DNA from: the human T2T-CHM13v2.0 reference genome, Homo sapiens
Assembly: GCF_009914755.1 (NCBI RefSeq)
Contig: NC_060930.1
Strand: one strand, 5' to 3'
DNA length: 64,000 nucleotides
This document shows positions 1 through 11,840 of this stretch, one piece after another; position 1 is the stretch's first letter, and every line of letters begins with the position of its first letter. The translations under genes and the position numbers were made by a program. The notes below the pieces were generated by a model. The model worked only from the letters and a program-made list of their open reading frames with translations, made no database searches and had not been told where the DNA came from.

Positions 1-160
1 ATCTTGTGAGACTCACTCACTATCATGAGAACAGCATGGGGGAAACCACCCCCGTGATCCAGTTACCTCTACCTGGTCCCACCCTTGACACGTGGGGATT
101 ATAAGGATTATGGGGATTACAATTCAAGATGAGATTTTGGGTGGGGACCCAGCAAAACGT
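1..160 (-). mobile_element. MaLR LTR fragment (MST/THE1 type), truncated by window edge
   Basis: GAGACTCACTCACTATCATGAGAACAGCATGGGGGAAACC...CAATTCAAGATGAGATTTTGGGTGGGGAC matches the THE1/MST LTR end; same motif as in the LTRs at 26785 and 28687. Confidence 0.85.
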
Positions 161-1454
161 GTAGTTTGTGCTAGTATTTTAATTAGTCTGGATTCTTTAA
201 AAGAATTATGTACCAGTTTTATTCTAAAATATCCATATTTTTAGTATGCTACAACTTATATTCTTTGCTATTTACACTTACCAGGAAAATAAATTGTTGA
301 CCTCAAAATGTTTTAGAGGTACATGGTTTTATAAAACCAGATTAGGAGGTTACATTACGTTGTAAGACTAGTGCTGTTGTGGAAAGGACTATCCACGAAA
401 CCACTGGCTTTTCCTATGTTGCAATAAGGGGTTTGGTTTAGGGGCTAAGGACCCAGCTGGCTCTGACACTGACAGTGGTTCACCTTCCTCTGAACTTCTA
501 TGGCTCTCATTAATCATCTGAAACATTTGACACTTTGCATATGTCTGGTGGTGCTGTTGATTTGGAATCTAAACCATAACCACTACTTAGTAGTTGAAAA
601 GTTAAGAATTTACCCCCATTGTTGATACTCTAATTTTCATGTAATCAGAAATGTTACCTTTGCGATAAGGAGTTCCTGTACTGCTCTCTCTGCCCCATAT
701 TTTCTAGTGTGACCAGTTTGTCACCAAAGGTTGGGTCATATAGATTTTTGCCACAATTTGAGCAAGCTCCTATTACATCATTAAGAGTATGTCACAGTTA
801 GTTTCAATGAAATAATTAGCCAATTGGATTTCAAATAGTAAAATAACACATTTTATTATATGTAAATACCTTATCTTCCAAAGGCATAAATTTAAGGTAA
901 TGATAATTGATATCCAGAATGCTTCTGTGTACATACATGTTATATGTTTCAATTACTAAGTCAAAATATGTGGTAGAAATAGTAAGGAACGCAGAGTTTC
1001 TTTTCTTCTTAAGGAAATAAAAAGATTGACTTGAGCCAATTTTTATCTGAGGAATGTTAATTTGTTTTATTTAATGCAGCTTAAAACTCTACAATTACCC
1101 TTTCTATGAACAGATACTTAATGAGTACATAAACACTTGGTTCCTGTATTTCCTGAAATGTTCCACACTTTAGAGCTGGTTCTGCTGATGAAAGTTGAAG
1201 TCATGGGCAGGCATGAGATGGGGTAGGCAAAGAGTATACTGTGAAAAGAGAAATGAGGGCCTCTGATATTAAATATTGCCCAGGGAGAGGAAAAAAAGTT
1301 TGGAAGGATCCTGAGTAGGACAATTATAAAAGAGAACCTGGAGCTTGTGGGGAGTTCCAAAGCAACAGCAAGAGTCTGTGCCATGTAATACTTAGCAATT
1401 TAGTAAAGTAAGGAATCAAAAATGCCCACTGGAATTTTAATATAAAATATTTTT

Positions 1455-1740
1455 GGCTGGGCACGGTGGCTCATGCCTGTAATCCCAGCACTTTGGGAGG
1501 CCTAGGTGGGTGGATAACAAGGTCAGGAGATGGAGACCATCCTGGCTAACACGGTGAAACCACATCTCAACTAAAAATACAAAAAATTAGCCAGGCGTGG
1601 TGGTGGGCGCCTGTAGTCCCAGCTACTCAGGAGGCTGAGGCAGGTGAATGGTGTGAACCCAGGAGGCGGAGCTTGCAGTGAGCTGAGATCGCACCACTGC
1701 ACTCCACAGCCTGGGCGACATAGCGAGACTCTGTCTCAAA
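1455..1740 (+). mobile_element. AluY, tail converted to (TG)n(TA)n
   Basis: GGCTGGGCACGGTGGCTC start; AluY-type ACCATCCTGGCTAACACGG and GGAGCTTGCAGTGAG; only 3 A before the TG/TA repeat. Confidence 0.93.
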
Positions 1741-2814
1741 TGTGTGTGTGTGTATATATAAACATATATATATTTTAAGGACATTAAAAAAATCAAGGGA
1801 GAGGAAAAAGTCTCATTTTCTTCTATAGGTTGGCTAGGTTAAAAAAAAAGTTTCAGGGTGGTCTTTTGTAGTCAGTTTTGTTCTTATATGTGATATTTCT
1901 AGTGAGAAAGCAATAACAAAAACAACAAAGAAACTAAATTTTTTTGAATGGTAACTAGTATGAGCAGTATCTTTCTGGGCTGGCAGTGGAGGCTGTAGAG
2001 GCATGGAAGGCAGGATAGTAGAGAACCATTTGCTTTGGTTTCCTTCTCGCTTCAACCAGGAGAGAGAATGATGTTCAAGAGAGAGAAAGGAAAACATAGC
2101 TTCCATGGCAAAAGAATTACACTTGCATTCCTTTGATAACTGGAGGAAAGAGGAAGGAATGGATAAAGGTCTAGGCAGTATTGTGTGGCTGGAAGTTTGC
2201 TGTAATGTCTAATGAAGTAAAAGGAAATTTTGCTGAAAATGAAGGTGGTGGTGGTGGTCCATGATATCAGAAGTTAAATACAATAGAGAATTTTGAAAAA
2301 CAAACAAACAAACAAACGAAACGGAATATTTCAGGGTTGCTAGAATGAATGGATGAAAGTATTAAAGTGTAAAATTGAGTCCTCTTGAAGGCGAAGGTAA
2401 AGTAACATAAAGGAATATACTAACATCCAATCAAATTAGAATAACAAATATTTACTGAGTTAAGACATTATTGAATGTGATGAATTTGAAGGGACAAGAT
2501 ATAAACCTATAAAAAGGTACATAACAGAAATCACATTAATTGCTTCTATAAAGCTGGCTGACTAGGAAGTATTTAATGCAAACTGGAACTGGAGAAACCA
2601 AAGCTGGGATGATCCAATCGGAGTAATTCAATGGCCAACTAAAATGGCCTTTATTAGTGGGAGTTAAGTGGAGTTACTTCCAGATACTTTCACTGTCCCT
2701 TGTTTCTGCGTTGTTCCCTTGTGGTACCCACTAAAATCCGTTTACTTTTACCTGCCTCTAAAAATAGCTATATGTCAAAACTACTAAAGGCCCATAAACT
2801 TAGTCATATTATCA

Positions 2815-3030
2815 TAGTTTGAAGCCCAGGTCTACCACTTACCAGTTCTGAGAACCTGGACAAATTGTATAAACCCTCTAAACCTTTTTATTCCTATCTG
2901 GTAAAACAATGAAAATGATAACCTATGTCATGGGTGTTGTGAGGATTAAATAGACTAAACTATATAACAACCTTAGCATACTCTATGGCATATAAAAACC
3001 TACTCGATAGTTGTACCATGTTATTGTTAT
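2815..3030 (+). mobile_element. MIR SINE
   Basis: CCACTTACCAG...CCTATCTGGTAAAAC...GTTGTGAGGATTAAAT core and tail similarity. Confidence 0.75.
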
Positions 3031-4949
3031 TAACTTTCTTAATAGAATTCTTAAGGCAAAAGGGTATTGACATATCTCTGTCTACATCATTTATTGTCAT
3101 TGTTATAAGTGCTAGTTAGTCTAATTCATTTCATTATAATTAGTAAGTGGTAATATAGCTGGAGAATGAAACTCATTTTGATCCTTATAAGGGAATCAAA
3201 ATGATATCAGCTTTTCATTTCAGCAGCCTGATTATCATTAGATGAACATCAATATCAATTTATAAAATTTACAATTTTATAAAACATGTTATAGTTAATT
3301 TTTTGTTTGTTTAGATGTTGAAAAGGACACTTTCTTTTCAGGTCTCAAGATACATATGGGCATAAGCCATAAAATCTATATTTAATTGACATCCCATTTC
3401 CTTCTTTACCATCTTTGAAATAAAACATTTAAAGGTTGACTCTGGCTGTGTACAGTATCAATACCGTGGAATCAGTGAGAGCCCAATAGTTAGTTATTTT
3501 GACAATCAGTGTTTCTAGGGTGATCCATATCCAGTGTGCATTCTCCTCAGGGTTACATTGCTTATAAATTTTATTTATGGTTCATATAAAGTTTTATGTT
3601 CCAGTATTTTTCCAAAGAACATCTTTTATGTCCATGTGCCTTCCCTCAGTTATACTGATAACTGTCCATTTTGTATTAAGAATCACACTGGAAGTAGCTT
3701 TTATGATATTTCTGAATTATGAAAGAATTCCATTCCATTTCCAATAGAACCATGCTACAACTAAAATATATCATGGCTGTGCTGTAAGCTAATTGTAATA
3801 AAAACCATAATTTGGGCGACCTTCTGTAGCATTGTAATGGCTTCTGAAACTCACTTTGTCTTGGTCAAGTGAAGATTTCAGGTATAGAGCCAGATTGCCC
3901 ACAGCCATCACTGCTTCTTCCCCAGAGAGAACTCAGATTATTGGAAAGTTTTCTACTGAGAGTAGAATACTCTTGTCCTTGGGCAATAGTAGCTCAGAAT
4001 TTAGTTATTCTGCCCACAGGCCTCCCTAAAATGAATCTCAGTTTGGAGAAAAGAGAGAAACAAAGAAACTAGGATTTTTTTTTTTTTTTTTTTAGATTCT
4101 GAGATAGCATCCACCAACCTGCTACGCTTACTCTGGGGACCTTGAACGGTGCATAGAAAGGCTGTTTTGTTTTTGTTTGTTTTATAAATCAATTTATTTT
4201 TGAACTTCCTCAAATATTTACAACTGTGGGTGGAAGGAAATAATTTTCCCTCTCAATTCTGCCTTGGAGAGGACACATTTCTGTGCCCTTTCCAGCCCAA
4301 AAGGAAGAGTAGGATTACAAAGTCTGATGTAGACAGGATTTACCACTTTATCATAGGTCATGTGCAGCTGCTCTGTAAGCAAATAGTAAGGCTCTCAGGA
4401 CTTTTTCCCTGGGAGTTAGAAGTCTCTCCCCTTCTTCAAGTGAGAAAAGCATAATCTAGTAGTTACAGTAACTGGTGCCCTTGCATATGCTTCTCCACAC
4501 CCTCCAATAAGCTTCACCCAAGTCAGCTCCAGGTGGCTTTCCTCTTCCTCATAGTATCTGCCTGTATTTAAACAGCAAGTTTTTTTTAATTCATTAAAGT
4601 TTGATTTACTGTTAAACGTATTAAATGTGATATCCCTCCATACATATTACAAATGCACGTCTTTTATAAACCTGTATGTGTTTTTATGTCGATTGTTATT
4701 ATATGAATAATTTAAAAGCAGTGAATTGCAGTAGTCCTCTTTGGCATCATAACAACATCCCAGGAAACTTTGTGCTCTGCTGTTACCTTGTATTATGGCA
4801 TATATGAGGGGGAGCTCAATGTTCTGTCCACTTTTTGAGGTGAAAATCAAACATAATGAAAGACTAACTTGGTAAAGCAACGTTAAATTCTGAGTTTTAG
4901 CTCTCTAAAGGAAAAGCATAAGGTGAGGGAAGGGAATTTGGTTAGTTCT

Positions 4950-5130
4950 ATTGACATTTGATGACTGTTTACCATGGGCCAGGCTCTGCCAGCAGGGTTG
5001 GGAACTCACAGGAGAGAAACACGAGAATTGCATCCTCAGGACATTACAATATACTGGGGGAGATGAATTCAAAAGATTTTGATAAATGACAGATATAGGC
5101 ATTATAGACATCAAGGATGAGGACGAGCCT
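4950..5130 (-). mobile_element. L2 3' fragment
   Basis: CATTTGATGACTGTTTACCATGGGCCAGGCTCTG...GCATCCTCAGGACATTACAATATACTGGGGGAGA resembles the antisense L2 3' end. Confidence 0.6.
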
Positions 5131-7386
5131 TGTTGGTGACAAAAGGTGACAAGGCAGTTCTAGGAAAAATATACCAAAAACGAGAGAGAATAGTAACAGA
5201 GGACCTGGCCTTTACAGACAGATGGAATCCCTTTTTCATGGTTGAACCATGAGATAAACTTGCACATGCTTTAAGTAAAAGTAGGAAAAAGCAAAGTTAA
5301 CATTTCTTGCTTACCTAAGGGATTTCTAGTAGAATAATGTATATAAGGCACCAACCTGGTTATGTGGAGTTGCTCAAAAAAGAGTAAATTCTCTTTCATC
5401 CACTTGCACTGGCCTCTTACTAGACAACTCACTATTTTAAAGATGAGACAATTTAAATGTGGTCAGAAATTAAGGTGTAGTCAGATGAATTGGTCTTTTT
5501 AAAATATGAAGTCAGCTCCATCAGGTAAAAGTCCAGAATAACTTTCTTTGCTGTAAAATAAAGGTGTTAAAACATTGGTAACATTTTTGTAAATTTCAGA
5601 AAGATTTTGTTTGTAAATCTCTTTTGAGAATTTTCTTGGCTAGATGCTGTAATAGTTACTAAATATTTCACAAGTTCACTATGAAAGAGAAGTTGAAAGC
5701 CTCCAACAGAACGAACTGACTGAAATATTATGTCTGTCATTCATTATTATTATTACTGTCATTGTTATTATTTTAACAAAGCATTAATAAAATTTATGGT
5801 TAGAGGCAAGTACCACCCATACTCAAATAAATTTATTTTGATTTTTCAACAAATTGGTTTGCAATCTTGATAGATGGGAATGTTTCATTTTTATTACAAT
5901 CCTCATGAATCACAGTAAAATCTAGGTATGAAGTCTAAAAGCTTGTATCTTGACAACATTTAACACAAAGGAAGGGTATTTGAGAAAGGAAAACAGTAAT
6001 GTTAATATAAAGATGCTTTTTATTAAAAACTCAGTTATTTTTAATCCTTCCTTGCTTTCTTCTTCCTTTCCTTTTCTCCTACATTGCCTTGTGTTTCTTT
6101 TTACTGAGTGATGGAATAAATGTCAGGTCTATTAATGAGGGTAAATAGTAAAGCTTTTAAAAGATTATTTATTTTAGTAAGGGTCTCACAATCCCAAATA
6201 ACTAGGTTATTGTCCAATCAAGAAAATAGTTTCCTTGATAGTTGGAAATTGAAAGTTAGCTACCAAGCTTGTGATAAGTCATATTCATATTAAAAACTAC
6301 AAAAAGGAGCTCATGATGGCAAATTTTACATTCTAACTTCAATACTGAAAGTTTGAGAATAACATTTTATTAAAGAATTTCAAATTAACTAGTAAAATAG
6401 TATTTAATACATAATCTTTACCATATTTCAGTGATAATGCCTTTGCCTTATTTATATTTTGGACATCTGAACATACTTTATTCTTGTTGACATAATAGAT
6501 TGTTTCTCTTTAAATCTAAATTCCTTGATTATTTGTTGAAATAAGCACATGTGGAAAATGTTTTTTAGAATGTGTATCTTGAAACTTTTTCTTCTTAAAA
6601 GAAGAAAACTTACTCTAAGGGACACTTTGAATTTTGTTTCAGCATATGTCTGCTTAATTTGACAGATAATTTTACCGTGCTAAAATGGTAAAATGCAATT
6701 GAACATTTTTTTTGAATGGAAAAATAACATTTTAGTTGTGAATACTTTTTGATATCATCATTTGAAAGAGTTGTTTAGAAAAATAGACCTGTATGTTGTT
6801 CCAAATTATAGATTTTGTCCTTAAAATAATATTGGCAATTTGATATAATTGAGCTATGTATATCTTATGTGTAACAACTTTCAGCACACAACAACTATTT
6901 TGTCAACCATGTCAGTAGATCTAGTACAACGTGTGATCAGAAGATAAAGGTGTTAAGAAATTTGAATACATTTCTATTTATTTTAGGCTGATATGTTTTT
7001 AATAACTCTAGCTTCATAGATATCTTGCATTAAATACAATCTGTTTCAAGCAATTTCTCTTGCAATATTCTGGTGACTGTTCTCTATAAACATGGCCAAC
7101 TAGCCTATAAAACATGTTTTATTTAATTCATTGCTACCCGTTTATGGCTGCACCATGTGGTAGGAATCCAGAAGCATCAGGTCTACTGTTCTTATAACGT
7201 TCAAGTGGCCTCCAGGTGATAGGCACAGCCAGCTGTCTTGGACCAGTGCCAACTCACAATGGTCTTATCAACCAGCAACACTTAGGAAATCACTGAGACA
7301 GCCAACAGTCATTTGTGGAACAAGAAAGGACGTGGCAGTTTGGCTATTTTTTAAATTTTTCCATCTGAAGCAGGAATTATCACTAG

Positions 7387-7702
<316 letters not shown>

Positions 7703-8392
7703 AAGTTTATTGTTATTTGTTAAAAGAATGTTTGCTTTTTGGTGTCTTCAGGTATTTTCAAATAGAATGAATAAAACCATTGTGTGCTGGTCTCCTAGTC
7801 CTTCATCTCATTTCCCTCCATACTCCATGACTCAATTAGTTTCTGGGGTTGGGATTAAGTGCACCTTATGCTAATTAGAACTATAGGTTTTACTCCTTAA
7901 ATAACTCCCATTGGCCTAGCTTTGATTCTTTAATGTAACAAAGATAGATGTGGGAAAAAAGTGACCTATCAAAATATATAACTCAGAAAGCTTTTTGGGA
8001 TAAACATATTTAATACAGGATTTCTCAGTTATATATTCTTTTTTTACTTAGATAAAACCCCCAAGGGAAAAATAGGTATCTAATGATATATCCTCCATTC
8101 AAAACTGTGTATTGCTATTGAGAAGTTTTATGTACTATTTTAAATAATAATTATTAATAAACATATACAAGCAATGCCAAATAATAAAAAATGTCTGTCT
8201 TTTTCCTATGGGGATACTCAGCTCATGCCAATTTGGTTCCCTAAACAACTAGAACTGGAGAAAGCTGTGCTGTGACGTTTGAAATCGAAAACCTGAAAAA
8301 TGTAAGCTTCTTATCAACTTCCAAATTTGGGGCAAATCTGGATCCTAAAATCAAGACATCTTTCGTAAGATTAGTATCCAACAAGACAAGAA

Positions 8393-8525
8393 TATTGGCT
8401 ATTGTGAAGAATGCTGCTGTGAACAGGGGAGTACTACTATAATCTTGTCTTATTATGATTCACAATAGTCAAGATATGGAAACACCCTAACTGTCCATTG
8501 ACAGATAAATGGATAAAGAAATTGT
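8393..8525. mobile_element. Old L1 (L1M/L1PB-like) ORF2 3' fragments in opposite orientations
   Basis: Minus piece TTGGCTATTGTGAAGAATGCTGCTGTGAACA; plus piece ATTCACAATAGTCAAGATATGGAAAC...GATAAATGGATAAAGAAA. Confidence 0.7.
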
Positions 8526-8530
8526 TGTTT

Positions 8531-8536
8531 CTCTCT

Positions 8537-8578
<42 letters not shown>

Positions 8579-8641
8579 AAAATATATATATATAGGGTGA
8601 TGGTATATACATATATATATATATATATATGGTGATGGTAT
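8531..8641. repeat. Compound microsatellite (CT)n(GT)n/(AT)n
   Basis: Seen directly in sequence. Confidence 0.95.
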
Positions 8642-11597
8642 CAAAAAGATAAAATGACTGCTCTACAATTATTCTCATTTTGAATTTCATTTTAATTTAC
8701 AGTTTTCAAAACTAAATGCCACCTGTCTTTTGACACTGTTTTCATTATTGAAGGTTTTATAGCTTTAATTTTATATTAATAAAATTAATTATGTAAACAT
8801 TTGCTTGCTTTTAGGAGCAAAGCATAGGCTACTAAAGTAAATAGTTCATTAATTTTTATGTCAGTCTTGGTGCTATTTACATGCATAGAAATGAAACTAA
8901 ACGACCCCAGGGAACTTACAGAGGGTTGGTTTCAAATCCATGAATTAATGCAAATGGTAAGGTTACATCATTTGGGTATAAGGTGTATGCTTTGGAGAAT
9001 GGAAAATAAGCAATCAAGGTAAAGTAGCCCTAGTGCCTACATTATTCATGAAAATGAGATCCTGACATTATATTCTAAGGTGATGTTGTAGAAGATAGAG
9101 CTAACTATTTGTGCAGGTACACTATAAGGTCAGTGTGTGTCTGGGGTCAGCTTGCCATGTGGGCAGAAAAACTCTTCTGCTGCATCTTTATTTAGAGGAA
9201 ATCCACAGAGCTTTCACTTGGCCTACTGTATTGCTAATGTTTATTGCCACCGTAACTGAAATTCCTACAAGTTGAGAGCAATTGTATTTCATCCATTTTA
9301 AGCTCTCATCAGTTAAAATATGCATTATATTTATTTTACCTCTAAGAAAAGTACTTCTGATTTAAGTATAACTTTTCACAAACTTAAGTTTTATCCTGAT
9401 TTTAATAATGCTAAAATGTGAAAAATAAAAAGCCACCTTAAAGTTGTTGAAATATAGTACTGCTTTTATTTTATTAAGAGTGCTGCTGGCTTGGAGGTAA
9501 AGCTTAAATATTATTTTTGGAAGGCTGTTTCAGGTTGACACAGACATTTCCTGCAGGGAATGAGAGGTCAGAGACTATATCCCTCCCATTAGCACATTAG
9601 AGAGAGAAATGTCAGAATATTAGACTTAATTTGGCAGGGTCCTTGGGATTTCTGCCTCTGTTTCTTTGTCTTCCTATATTTAGTTGCTGTCAATGAGTTT
9701 TGGTATGTACAAATAGATTTAAGAACATACATCAGTGTCTCATATATTCATTATTATTTTGTTAATATAGTATTTCTTTAATTCTAAATTTATTTAAATT
9801 AAGCAGTGAATTTGAAACCAACCCCCTATAATTCTTGTAGATTGCTGTACTAAAATGTATTTCTAGAAACCTGGTTATCAAACAAAACAACCAAATACTC
9901 TGTTCTTAACATTTCATCGTCTTCCAAAACGACACTTTCTTAGCAACTTCAAAGTGGCAACTGATGGTTTGGTAACGATATAATAACAAGGAATAACTCC
10001 TATATTCTTAAGAGACTCAGAATTTCAATTCTTACCACATATACATCTATTTTCTTAATTAAAACAAAAAGTCCCAGATAAAGTGTAATGCCCAGAACTT
10101 GAATTTTAATGAATGCAAATGAGCCCAAAGTGAGAATAATCAGCTGAAGTTCTAGGATAGAATATTTGTCTTGTATTTACCTTGGAAGCCACTAGCTTTT
10201 ACTCAACTATAAAAGAAGCCTCAGGAGTGAATATAAAAAGAAAAAAAAATTATAGTAAGAGTTTGAGAACTAACCAATATACTTCATTAATACATTGAAT
10301 TTTAGTGTGAGGAACAATATAAATTTCATGAAGCCGGATGAAAAAAGAAGAGATCCTTGTTATCTCTTCTGCCTTTTATTTTAACTCTGTGGATAATTTT
10401 TTCCCTATACGTCTAGAAACCTGGGTTCTTAAATTATCTCCAAAAATACACTCTGTAGGGTTTATAGCCTTTAAATGTAAGGGTAGCTAGAGAGCATGTT
10501 ACTCTCACTAGGTAATGGGGTACATCTTTTTAACAGAAACATCCTTGAATTGCTAACACATATCTTCCACTCTGGTAGACTAAATTCTGTTGTTTTCTGT
10601 TGTTTGTTGAGAAGATAGTTCAAAATCACACCAAAAAAGGCAGTGCCATTATTGTAAGTGTCATTGGCATAGATGTTTTTAATCTCACTGTAGAGTGATT
10701 CTTTGGTTAATTGTCTCTCTGCTGCACTAGTCTGTAAAAGCAGTACGTGTAAAAGCTTGTTCACCATTGACGTGAATGGTAGATCACCAACACTCACCAC
10801 AAAGCTTGACACATATTACATTATATTAAAATATTGAAATATCCTGTGACTTGACCTCAGTGGAATTGGAATGTGAAAAACCATCTTTTCAGAAAGTTGT
10901 AGAAAACCAAATTTGGGGTACCATCCAATGGTGCTGAGAAACTGACTTTATAATCTGTTTTTATTTTTTTGCTTTTGGAGTGACTTTAGTTTGTAAACTT
11001 TTTTTTTTTGGCTCTTTAAAGGGAATAGCTTTTGAATGTTAGATTAGAAATCAGACTATGTACAGAGCTATTCAGCTCTGAAAACTGTGATAACTTGCTA
11101 AAGCTATGTTTACAAGGAGAAAGTAAAAAACAACATGAATGATTTTATAGTATATGTGGGCTGGTAAGGACAATTATAGAACATTTCAGTTATCCAGAAC
11201 TATAAAGATTTAACTTCTAATTTTCATATAAATAATTTCAAAAATAGCAAAGAGGAAAAAGTAACATTGTTTAAAATTGATATCTGTCTGCATAACAGAG
11301 TATCATACACCACATTTCATTTACATAGACCTCTGGTTTTTAAAAAAATCATAATGAATCATGTGTTTCCTAAAATACTCCATTAATGTTACAACTAAAT
11401 AAATAAATGTAGACATAGGAGTGACTACTATTAGGAAGTGAAAGAAAATTTATTTAGGTGCCAAATTGACAGTTTTTTAAATAATTGTTTTGTTTAGAAA
11501 GGTCACATAACATAAAAACAAGTGGATTCTATAAGAAATCAATTACTATTCAGTGTTTATACAACTTTTTAAATAGAAAAAGAAGTTCTCTTAGTTC

Positions 11598-11600
<3 letters not shown>

Positions 11601-11628
<28 letters not shown>
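11601..11628. repeat. (AT)14 microsatellite
   Basis: Seen directly in sequence. Confidence 0.95.
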
Positions 11629-11631
<3 letters not shown>

Positions 11632-11767
11632 AGCATAAATGTGCATTGCACAAGAGGGTTAGTTACTCAAAGGAGGAACATTATTTGCCATGCGTTAATT
11701 ATCATAATTTTGCCATTTCCACATTGAATCATAATCATTGTTAATTTAAATACAATGGTATGTAACT

Positions 11768-11840
11768 TATTCATTCAACAAACATTTATTCAATCCCAGG
11801 AATGCACTAGAGTGCTATACAACAGTGATACAGAGACGAA
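11768..11840 (-). mobile_element. L2 3' tail fragment
   Basis: ATTCATTCAACAAACATTTATT motif typical of the antisense L2 tail. Confidence 0.6.

Noticed and set aside
2758-2767. Perfect MEF2 site CTAAAAATAG and scattered AP-1 sites
   Set aside because: Isolated short motifs are expected by chance in 64 kb of AT-rich DNA.
4075-4093. Solitary T19 tract as a processed-pseudogene tail
   Set aside because: No nearby poly(A) signal on the minus strand, no TSD and no coding remnant.
10613-10654. 42-nt candidate plus-strand exon ending ATT|GTAAGT
   Set aside because: Weak GAG acceptor and unrecognised peptide; insufficient support.
10471-10812. 113-aa minus-strand ORF
   Set aside because: GTG start, no recognisable domain or splice context; chance-length ORF.
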